A stretch of DNA of 64,000 nucleotides from Herpetosiphon geysericola (GTDB lineage Bacteria > Chloroflexota > Chloroflexia > Chloroflexales > Herpetosiphonaceae). The notes beneath the pieces are model-generated. The model was not told the DNA's origin and searched no databases. It saw only the letters and a list, made by a program, of their open reading frames with translations. A program made the position numbers and the translations under genes. Where the stretch lies: NCBI RefSeq assembly GCF_001306135.1, contig NZ_LGKP01000040.1, positions 24,726-88,725 of the forward strand, read 5' to 3'. Below are positions 52,293 through 60,149 of this stretch, in pieces (positions within the stretch are counted from its first letter, which is position 1; every line of letters begins with the position of its first letter).

Positions 52293-53741
52293 ATGGCAAA
52301 ACAAAGCCGCCGCGAACGGCATAACCAAAAACAACAAGCAAAAAAGCAAATGCATGCGCAAAACCAAATAGCCGACCCAATAATCGAGCATACTAGCCAC
52401 GTTCAGGTCGAAACATATGAGAATCCACCAAACACCAGCTGCGAAACACCAACCCAACAAACATGGCTGATCGAACCGCGTGATCCGTTGATTGTGCGCG
52501 ATGGCCGACCATTTAACAACACACCTGGAGCACGCGCCTATACCCAGTCGTTCCCGCCGCCATCAGTTTTGGCAGGGGTTATTCGCTCACAAACTGCCTA
52601 TGCTTCAAAACTCCAATTTACTCGTAACTCCGATGACAACCGACAGCAGGGAAATAAATTACAGCCAATTCAAATCTATGGGCCTTTATTATTCAAATTG
52701 CCCAATCCAAACAAAGAAAAAGATGAGCCTGAATTCTTATGCCATGCACCTGCCGATGCACTGTTATTTGAGCCTGAGGCCAAAACCAAGGCCCAAGAAT
52801 CTGACAATCAACAATCACCACCAACTAGACCTTGGCTCTGCCGCTTGGTGCCAATTCAGGTTCCTGAAAGGTTCGTCTGCGATTTTAATGAACTTGGCTT
52901 GGTTGGTTTAGTCAAAGCTGATCCACGTAAGCCAGCCAAAGATCAACCGCAATTTTGGTATTGGGAACATTTTCTGCACTGGTTGCAAGATCCTGAAGGA
53001 TTGATCAATAAGACCAATCCTCAAGCCTCAAACCCCAAGACAATCGCCGTGGGAGATTTGGGAATTAAAGGCTTGCCAATTGATCAACGAACTCATGTAC
53101 AGATTGATAGTGAGAGCCAAAGTGCTGAAGATGGCCGCTTATTTCAAACCCGTGGCCTAAGTTTTACCCAAACCAACGAGCAACAATTGGCCGAAGCGCG
53201 GCGTTTGGCATTATATGTGCACGCCGATTACCGCGATACAACTGGTTTAACTATCCCACAACCAAGCATCGCACCATTGGGCGGCGAACGCCGTTTGGCT
53301 CATTGGGCAAAAACCGATCAGAGCTTACCAGCATGCGATCAAGTTATCGTTGATGCAATCGTAAAAGCCAACGCATGCCGCGTGATTCTGCTCACCCCAG
53401 CAATGTTTAGTGAGGGCTATCGCCCAACGTGGCTATTCCAAGATCCCCAAGGTGTTCAGCCAACGCTTGCAGCAATTGCGATCAAGCGTGCTCAAGTTAT
53501 TTCAGGCTGGGATTTGGCAATTCATAAGCCGAAACCAACTCGCCGCCTAGCTCCCGCTGGCACGGTCTTGTTCCTGAAATTCGCTGAAAAGGAAAATTCG
53601 GCGGCAATTGAAGCATGGGTTCGTAACTATTGGATGCAATGCATCAGCGATGAAGAGCAAGATCGCCGCGATGGCTTTGGCTTGGCCGTATTTGGAACTT
53701 GGGATGGCGAGTTTGCTGAAATTAAGGGGGAAACTAAATGA
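52293..53741 (+). CDS. cmr3: Cmr3 (Cas5-group RAMP) with Lys/Gln-rich N-terminal extension
   Basis: DPLIVRDGRPF...SFPPPSVLAGVIRS is the canonical Cmr3 N-terminus. C-terminal G-rich loop DGFGLAVFG. ATG start with a GAGGAGG RBS. Confidence 0.85.
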   Translation: MAKQSRRERHNQKQQAKKQMHAQNQIADPIIEHTSHVQVETYENPPNTSCETPTQQTWLIEPRDPLIVRDGRPFNNTPGARAYTQSFPPPSVLAGVIRSQTAYASKLQFTRNSDDNRQQGNKLQPIQIYGPLLFKLPNPNKEKDEPEFLCHAPADALLFEPEAKTKAQESDNQQSPPTRPWLCRLVPIQVPERFVCDFNELGLVGLVKADPRKPAKDQPQFWYWEHFLHWLQDPEGLINKTNPQASNPKTIAVGDLGIKGLPIDQRTHVQIDSESQSAEDGRLFQTRGLSFTQTNEQQLAEARRLALYVHADYRDTTGLTIPQPSIAPLGGERRLAHWAKTDQSLPACDQVIVDAIVKANACRVILLTPAMFSEGYRPTWLFQDPQGVQPTLAAIAIKRAQVISGWDLAIHKPKPTRRLAPAGTVLFLKFAEKENSAAIEAWVRNYWMQCISDEEQDRRDGFGLAVFGTWDGEFAEIKGETK

Positions 53742-54142
53742 ATCGTAAGCCAAGAATTCCTGCACCAGAGCCTATAAAGTATCAAGCGCCAAATGAATTT
53801 ACTGTTGGAGAACACACCTATATCACCAAAACCCGCAGCTACAAACTGATCACCCCATTGTTTGGTGGTGGCGTTGAAGCTGGGCTGAACGACCCACTCA
53901 CGCCAATTCGCGCTAGTGGCATTCGCGGCCAATTGCGCTTTTGGTGGCGAGCTATTCGCGGCGGCGGCTATAGCTCAGTTGATGATTTACGGGCAAAAGA
54001 GGCTGAAATTTGGGGTAGTGCTGGAACTTCGTCTACTTCTGAAAAGAAAAAGGTGAATCAAGATTCTAGTAATCTAGTAGATGATCAAAATCAAGAAAAT
54101 AATAAATTAAAAAAATATCATTCCTATTCAAATCTCTGTTGA
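53738..54142 (+). CDS. cmr1: Cmr1 N-terminal RAMP domain; first fragment of a split or frameshifted cmr1
   Basis: ITPLFGGG...SGIRGQLRFWWRA RAMP motif. ATGA overlap with the cmr3 stop. Ends just after an A7 homopolymer. Confidence 0.7.
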   Translation: MNRKPRIPAPEPIKYQAPNEFTVGEHTYITKTRSYKLITPLFGGGVEAGLNDPLTPIRASGIRGQLRFWWRAIRGGGYSSVDDLRAKEAEIWGSAGTSSTSEKKKVNQDSSNLVDDQNQENNKLKKYHSYSNLC

Positions 54143-54179
54143 GATAATTTCTGATGGAGAAGAAAAATATCCATATGTT

Positions 54180-55217
54180 ATGGAAAAGAATGCTAGAGGA
54201 AATTATAATCCAGAGCCTATATCTAGTACTGCGCCTGCATATGTATCTTTTCCATTAAAGCCAGAAAGGAACGCTATAAGAAAATATGGATCTCAAACTC
54301 CTATCAATCCTATTCGTAATAAGATTATTTTTAGATTAAAAATTACCTACTATCAGCATCATAAACTGGAAATTCAAGCTGCACTATGGGCATGGGAGAC
54401 GTTTGGTGGAGTTGGTGGTCGTACCCGCCGTGGATTTGGTTCGATCACTCAGTGTGATAGTGATAATAAACCACAAAATGCAGAATCAGTTACGCAATGG
54501 CTAAAACAAAACATTAACAATTATACAGAAGATATTTCAAAAAGAGGTTTTAATTGGATTAATAATATTCCTAATATTGTAGAAAGTATTAACGAGAGTA
54601 AATTTTTCTGCTCAAAACAAAGCTTAAATGCTTTAAGTATTTGGAGTGATATGATAAATATGTTACAAATATTTCGTCATCAACGCATTCAGTATGGAAA
54701 AAAATTTGGAAGAAATTATTGGCCTGAGCCAGATTTTATTCGGAGAATTACCAAGAAAAGATCATATAGTCATAATAAGGATATAGTTACGATTAATAAA
54801 TTTCCGCGTGCAGCTTTTGGATTACCAATAATATTCCAGTTTATCAATCGTAAAGATGAAAGTAATCCTAATGCTCCTAGAGATCCTTATGATACAACGC
54901 TAGTGCCCAAAGGTTTTGAGCGCTTTTCTAGCCCTTTGATTATTAAGATTATTCAATGTACCGATGAAAGTTATGTTGGAATTGCACTTATTTTGAGCAA
55001 AACCCAAGTCCCTAATCAATTACAACTGAAAAAGGGTGGAACTCCATTGCTCAATCCTAACGATCAAACCGAAGATTTTCAACATCTCTTGACACCTAAT
55101 GAAGCACAGAAAATCAAGCAAATTGAAGCTAATAAAGCGTCAGGCTCATTACTGAATCAAGGAACCGATATTCTTAAAGCATTTTTAGCCTATCTTAAGG
55201 AAAAAATGCCGCAATAA
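54180..55217 (+). CDS. cmr1: Cmr1 C-terminal RAMP domain; second fragment
   Basis: G-rich loop WETFGGVGGRTRRGFGSI. The open frame extends upstream to about 54111, through the A7 run. Very AT-rich codon usage. Confidence 0.7.
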   Translation: MEKNARGNYNPEPISSTAPAYVSFPLKPERNAIRKYGSQTPINPIRNKIIFRLKITYYQHHKLEIQAALWAWETFGGVGGRTRRGFGSITQCDSDNKPQNAESVTQWLKQNINNYTEDISKRGFNWINNIPNIVESINESKFFCSKQSLNALSIWSDMINMLQIFRHQRIQYGKKFGRNYWPEPDFIRRITKKRSYSHNKDIVTINKFPRAAFGLPIIFQFINRKDESNPNAPRDPYDTTLVPKGFERFSSPLIIKIIQCTDESYVGIALILSKTQVPNQLQLKKGGTPLLNPNDQTEDFQHLLTPNEAQKIKQIEANKASGSLLNQGTDILKAFLAYLKEKMPQ

Positions 55218-55286
55218 TCTACTGTTACTAGGTAAAAAATACTGTTCTCAAAGCATTTTTAGCCTATCTTAAGAAGGAGCTAGATA

Positions 55287-56168
55287 ATGACCACCAAACT
55301 CGTTTTTGTCCATGCCCTTTCACCACTCCATGCTGGCACTGGCCAAGGTTCCGGCGTGATCGATTTGCCGATTGCCCGCGAAAAAGCCACCAATTTGCCC
55401 TATTTGCCTGGCTCATCGCTCAAAGGCCCGTTGCGTGATAGTTACACTGGCGCTCGTAAAGATGAAATTTTTGGAACAGCATCAGATAACGCCACTGGTA
55501 GTGCAGGCTTTGTACAATTTTCTGATCTGCGCTTGTTATGCATGCCGGTGCGCAGCTTGTATGGAACCTTCGCATGGGTCACTTCGCCGTATATTCTCAA
55601 TCGCCTTGCCCGTGAAATCAAAGACCTTTTTACTGAAAATATCCCACCAAGCTGGATCAAAACCCCTGATGTGGAGCAATGTTTTGTTGCTGCAAACTCA
55701 GCACTTAAATCAAACTTACCAAAATCAGCAAAGCACAAGGATATTTATTTAGAAGATTTGGATTTTGAATATCAAGCGGATCAAGCTGAGCTAGTAACCC
55801 AATGGGTTGAGTGGCTGAAAAAACGTATTTTTGGTGATTCACCAGAGTGGCAAACGATGTTTGTTGAGCGTTTTTGCATCGTCAATGATGATGTGTTTAG
55901 TTTTCTTTTGAATACTGCCACCGAAATAACTGCTCGGATTCGGCTTAACGATGAAACCAAAACCGTTGCTGATGGTCAACTTTGGTATGAAGAAGCCTTG
56001 CCAGCCGAATCGATTTTGACTGGCTTGATGTTAATTGCTCCGCCAGCCTCAAAAACAGAGGTAGGAGACAGCATTAAGACTGAGCTACCACGACTTTGGC
56101 AAAAACCAATTCAACTTGGAGGCAAGGCCACCGTCGGGCGCGGAATTTGTCGCGTGATTGTGAAATAG
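55287..56168 (+). CDS. cmr4: Cmr4 (Cas7 backbone subunit, target-RNA slicer)
   Basis: VFVHALSPLHAGTGQGSGVIDLPIAREKATNLPYLPGSSLKGPLR is a textbook Cmr4 N-terminus including the catalytic Asp region. C-terminal G-rich loop GGKATVGRG. Confidence 0.9.
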   Translation: MTTKLVFVHALSPLHAGTGQGSGVIDLPIAREKATNLPYLPGSSLKGPLRDSYTGARKDEIFGTASDNATGSAGFVQFSDLRLLCMPVRSLYGTFAWVTSPYILNRLAREIKDLFTENIPPSWIKTPDVEQCFVAANSALKSNLPKSAKHKDIYLEDLDFEYQADQAELVTQWVEWLKKRIFGDSPEWQTMFVERFCIVNDDVFSFLLNTATEITARIRLNDETKTVADGQLWYEEALPAESILTGLMLIAPPASKTEVGDSIKTELPRLWQKPIQLGGKATVGRGICRVIVK

Positions 56169-56178
56169 GAGTAGCACT

Positions 56179-56634
56179 ATGAGTAATTCAGTTTTTCAAA
56201 CTCGTGATCAGAAATTTGCTGCTTCAGCGTATGCTCATATTGAAACAGTCTTAAAACAATATCCAAAACCAGTTGATAAACCCAACACTGAGAAATCCAA
56301 AGAAGAGAAATCTATTGAGGCAAAATATCAAACGAGTCGCAATGTATATGGCTCGATGGCGCACAAATTACCAATCTTGATTAGAAATGCAGGTTTAGTT
56401 CAAGCTTTAGCATTTGCCCAATCACGCGATAAGTCAGAGATTAACTTATTTCTAGAACATCTTGCCATAACTATTAACTTTACCTGTAAAGCTCAAGATT
56501 TCGCTGCTAAAGTAGCTGAATTAGAATTAGCTGAGTATATGTACCGAACTCAGCAAGCTTTAGATGCATTACTTTGGTACAAGCGTTTTGTTCAAAGCAT
56601 TCTTGATATTGATCCAAGCAATGCAATTCAATAA
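56179..56634 (+). CDS. cmr5: Cmr5 small subunit
   Basis: 151 aa, helical, LPILIRNAGLVQALAF motif. Position between cmr4 and cmr6. Confidence 0.75.
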   Translation: MSNSVFQTRDQKFAASAYAHIETVLKQYPKPVDKPNTEKSKEEKSIEAKYQTSRNVYGSMAHKLPILIRNAGLVQALAFAQSRDKSEINLFLEHLAITINFTCKAQDFAAKVAELELAEYMYRTQQALDALLWYKRFVQSILDIDPSNAIQ

Positions 56635-56648
56635 ACATTGAGGTATTT

Positions 56649-57572
56649 ATGAATAGTCGGCGTGATAGTTTAAATAAGGTCACAGTAGACAATGTAGCGC
56701 ATGCAGGCTTATGGCTTGACCGCTATTTGCCCGAACAACCTGAAAATAAAGCGAATCAGCAACGTCCGAATAATGCACTAGTCGGAAAACATCCAGTTAA
56801 ACATGATGAATGCACATCAGATAATCCATTAACTAAACATTTTTGTAGAGGTTCGCAGATTGCCAGAAAAGAACCAGTATTAAAACTCTATCAACAATTT
56901 TTTGCTCGCTGGTTGAACGCGTTAAAGGAAATTCCCGATATTTGCTTGCTGAAGGCGGAAGTCAAGGGTCGCATGGTCGTGGGGCTGGGAGCCGAAAGCG
57001 TGCTCGAAAACTCGATTGCTTTGCAGCGCACCTATGGCATGCCGTACATTCCTGGCAGTGCCTTGAAGGGATTGGCATCGAGCTTCGCCCACCAACGCCT
57101 CGGCCAAGGAGCTGCCAATGCAGATACACCCAACGATTGGGCAAAGGGTGGCAAATTTCATCGCGAATTATTTGGCACAACCGAGCTAAGTGGCTGCGTT
57201 AGCTTTTACGATGCCTTGTATATGCCTGATACTGCTGAAACTGGAGGCCCATTACATCCCGATGTGATTACCGTGCATCATCCTGAGTATTATCAAGGCA
57301 AGAAAAAGCCTAATCCCAATGGTGATCAAGACCAAAGTATGCCACCAGCCGATTGGGATAGCCCGACGATTATTCAGTTTCTCAGCGCGACTGGTCACTA
57401 TTTAGTAGCACTCAGCGGAGTAGAAGGTTGGCGTGATACCGCCCGCACATTGCTAGCCAATGGCCTTACGCATATAGGCATTGGCGCCAAAACTTCTAGT
57501 GGGTATGGACGGATGGAGCTTAAATCCCTTAATGAAGCCGAGATTGTAAAGTTATTAAATCAAGGAGTTTAA
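56649..57572 (+). CDS. cmr6: Cmr6 (Cas7-group RAMP)
   Basis: GRMVVGLGAESVLEN...PYIPGSALKGLASS and C-terminal G-rich loop IGIGAKTSSGYGRM. Confidence 0.85.
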   Translation: MNSRRDSLNKVTVDNVAHAGLWLDRYLPEQPENKANQQRPNNALVGKHPVKHDECTSDNPLTKHFCRGSQIARKEPVLKLYQQFFARWLNALKEIPDICLLKAEVKGRMVVGLGAESVLENSIALQRTYGMPYIPGSALKGLASSFAHQRLGQGAANADTPNDWAKGGKFHRELFGTTELSGCVSFYDALYMPDTAETGGPLHPDVITVHHPEYYQGKKKPNPNGDQDQSMPPADWDSPTIIQFLSATGHYLVALSGVEGWRDTARTLLANGLTHIGIGAKTSSGYGRMELKSLNEAEIVKLLNQGV

Positions 57573-57574
57573 TT

Positions 57575-58915
57575 ATGACTAAGAAAGCCATCGCATTTTT
57601 AGGCAAAGGCCGCTATAGTTTTACCCAATATTGTTATACAGATTCTAAAACTGGAAATGTTATCAAAGCCGATTGGAATAAATATTTCAGTGCAACATTA
57701 ACATTTTTCTATCCTGATATTGAAGAACTATATATCGTTATGACAGAAGAGGCGAGAAAAGAGCATTGGGATAACTCGGAAAATCCTAAAAATCTCAAAG
57801 AAACCTTGAAATTGCAAAAAGTTCGGGTGATACCTGTTCCTATTGATTCTGGAAGAAATGATACGGAACTTTGGGAAATTTTCAAGTCTATCGTTAAGGT
57901 TATTGATTATAATGATGAGATCATTTTTGATATTACAAATGCTTTTCGCTCACAACCAGTGATAACAATGATTATTGCATCATTTATTAAAGTTATTAAA
58001 AACGCCAAAATTACCCATTTGGTGTATGGTGCTTGGGATGCAAGAGTAGAAGAGAAAGATTCAGAAAATAACATTAAATTCTCTGAATCTCCTGTTTTCG
58101 ACCTGTCTGCCTTCTTAACCCTACTCGACTGGACTACTGCCACCAACACCTTTATTCAAACAGGTCGTGCCGAACAATTGACCAAACTTGCTGAAACGTT
58201 TAAAAACGATGCAGTTGAAGGTTTTGCCAAACAAGTACACAAACTTTCGCAAGAGTTATTAACTACCCGCCCAGTTGGCGTGATGCAAGCTGCCTCAGGC
58301 TTTGAGCAAGCCTTAGCCAAGGTTGAAGCCGCCGTGCAACAAAACCCAGCCATGCAACCGTATCAACAGTTGTTGGAACGGATCAAAGATGAATATAGCC
58401 CGTTTGCGATTGCTACTGAGCCGATGGCAGATTTGAGTGAGGCTTATGCGACAGCTCGCCAGCAACAACGGGCTTTTTTAGCAGTCCAACTCGAGATGAT
58501 TAAGTGGTATCTCGAAAAGGGATTACCAATTCAAGCTATGACTTTAGCCCGCGAGTGGCTGATATTGTTGAGTGTCTATTACCAAAATGCTGATGGTGAG
58601 AAAGTTGATATGTTTATTTATAATGAAAAGAAGGTTATTGAGAGTTTTATCAATGGCTATTCACCTCAGCAAAACAATAACCGATCACAACGAAATGACA
58701 ACAAGAAACCTAAAATGGTTATGTCGGCTAAACTACAAAAGTCAATCGAAAAAATACAAGCTGTTTGGGATAGCGAAGATGCTTCAATTCGCACTATTCG
58801 TAATGATATTGCTCATTGTGGGCTGGATATAGGTAATAGCCGAACCGCCACAGAAATTGCTGAACAGGCTGAAACTATCTGCCAACGGCTGTATGCTTTA
58901 TTACCGACCGAATAA
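57575..58915 (+). CDS. csx1: Csx1-family CARF-HEPN ribonuclease
   Basis: N-terminal Rossmann-like CARF (KAIAFLGKGRYSF...). C-terminal HEPN R-x4-H motif (IRNDIAHCG). 446 aa. Confidence 0.8.
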   Translation: MTKKAIAFLGKGRYSFTQYCYTDSKTGNVIKADWNKYFSATLTFFYPDIEELYIVMTEEARKEHWDNSENPKNLKETLKLQKVRVIPVPIDSGRNDTELWEIFKSIVKVIDYNDEIIFDITNAFRSQPVITMIIASFIKVIKNAKITHLVYGAWDARVEEKDSENNIKFSESPVFDLSAFLTLLDWTTATNTFIQTGRAEQLTKLAETFKNDAVEGFAKQVHKLSQELLTTRPVGVMQAASGFEQALAKVEAAVQQNPAMQPYQQLLERIKDEYSPFAIATEPMADLSEAYATARQQQRAFLAVQLEMIKWYLEKGLPIQAMTLAREWLILLSVYYQNADGEKVDMFIYNEKKVIESFINGYSPQQNNNRSQRNDNKKPKMVMSAKLQKSIEKIQAVWDSEDASIRTIRNDIAHCGLDIGNSRTATEIAEQAETICQRLYALLPTE

Positions 58916-58929
58916 TTGAAGGAAAGCCT

Positions 58930-59319
58930 ATGCTTCTGATTAACTTTGCCCATCCATTGACTGATGCGCAGTTTAGCCAAGTCGTGGCCATCGTTGAAGA
59001 AACTCCACAACTATGTTTTGTCGATACCCAAGTGAGCCGGATGCGGCCTTTGGGCGAGGTTGCTTATGATTTGGTTGAAAGCGTTAGCTTGAAAACCGCC
59101 GATTGGCAAACTATACCGATTATTATCAATCCCCCAGGCTTGGCTCCATTGGCCTTGGCAGTTATCGCCGAGTTGCACGGGCGTTCAGGCTATTTTCTGC
59201 CAATTATCAATATGCGGCCTGTGCCCAAGACTACCCCAACCATCTTCGAGGTAGCAGAAATTTGCAATTTGGATGCAATTCGCCAAGTTGCACGTACACG
59301 GCGCATTCCCAAGCTGTAG
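58930..59319 (+). CDS. Uncharacterised small alpha/beta protein in the type III locus (candidate accessory or ring-nuclease-like)
   Basis: 129-aa ORF with an RBS (GAAGGA). Alternating beta-alpha pattern (LLINFAHP...IPIIINPPGLAPLALAVIAEL). Followed by a strong terminator. Confidence 0.5.
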   Translation: MLLINFAHPLTDAQFSQVVAIVEETPQLCFVDTQVSRMRPLGEVAYDLVESVSLKTADWQTIPIIINPPGLAPLALAVIAELHGRSGYFLPIINMRPVPKTTPTIFEVAEICNLDAIRQVARTRRIPKL

Positions 59320-59320
59320 T

Positions 59321-59372
59321 CCAAGCACAGGGTATAGATCAAACTAATCTATGCCCTGTGCTTGGACTTAGG
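59321..59372. terminator. Bidirectional terminator hairpin between convergent genes
   Basis: 22-bp stem AGTCCAAGCACAGGGTATAGAT / ATCTATGCCCTGTGCTTGGACT with a 7-nt loop, including one G-U pair. Confidence 0.6.
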
Positions 59373-60126
59373 CAAAGCGCCCCACATAGACCGTCGTGGT
59401 GTATAAAAAGGCGACCTTGCCAGCAACTTGATACGCTTGCCAGGCATCGATTAGGCCTTGACGTAGGGCTTGATAGTTTGGTTGCTCCGGCGTGGGTGTG
59501 TACGATGAGGAAAATGCGCGGCCAAGCAAGCCTGCTTGATCAAAATATTGGGCATTTTGGGCGGTGTAGCAGGCTGGTTGCTGGCCAAAAAAGTCGCTAA
59601 TCAGTTGTGGATCGATATTGGTATGTTTGACGGTGGAGTAATCATTGCCAAATTGGTGTAAGAGCGCTTCGTATTGGCGCAAAAAGGGCGTAGCATCAAG
59701 TGAGCGTTGGTTCCAAATCAGCGCAACCCAGCCCTCAGGCCGTAAAATTCGCTGCCATTCGCGGCGCGTAGCGTTTGGCTCAAACCAGTGAAACGCTTGG
59801 GCTGCCGTAATCCAATTAACGCTCTGATCAGCTAAACCAGTGGCTTCAGCGCTGCCATCAAGCACTTGGAAATTAGGATAGCGCGCACTACGTTGCAAAC
59901 TAGCTTCACGCATTGGTGCGTTTGGTTCAATTGCATAGACGGTTGCGCCATGCTCCAATAATTGCTCGCTCCAAATGCCCGTGCCCGCCCCAATATCGGC
60001 CACGATCGAGCTTGAACCAAAGCCATGCTGGGTTTGTAATGGCTCAAAAATTTCGCGTGGATAGTTCGGGCGAAATTGCACATAATCGGCAACTCGATTG
60101 CTAAACCGTTGACGGTTATCACTCAT
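59368..60126 (-). CDS. Class I SAM-dependent methyltransferase
   Basis: VADIGAGTGIWSEQLLEHGATVYAIEPN motif I. Confidence 0.85.
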   Translation of the reverse strand: MSDNRQRFSNRVADYVQFRPNYPREIFEPLQTQHGFGSSSIVADIGAGTGIWSEQLLEHGATVYAIEPNAPMREASLQRSARYPNFQVLDGSAEATGLADQSVNWITAAQAFHWFEPNATRREWQRILRPEGWVALIWNQRSLDATPFLRQYEALLHQFGNDYSTVKHTNIDPQLISDFFGQQPACYTAQNAQYFDQAGLLGRAFSSSYTPTPEQPNYQALRQGLIDAWQAYQVAGKVAFLYTTTVYVGRFA

Positions 60127-60149
60127 TGTTGGTCTCCTTCACACTACGC

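Noticed and set aside
54000-55250. AT-rich island considered as an IS or prophage fragment inserted into the cas operon
   Set aside because: It carries one continuous RAMP-type reading frame (GIRGQLRFWWRA and GGVGGRTRRGFG loops) with cmr1-like domain order, so it is a cas gene of foreign composition. No transposase or TIR was seen.
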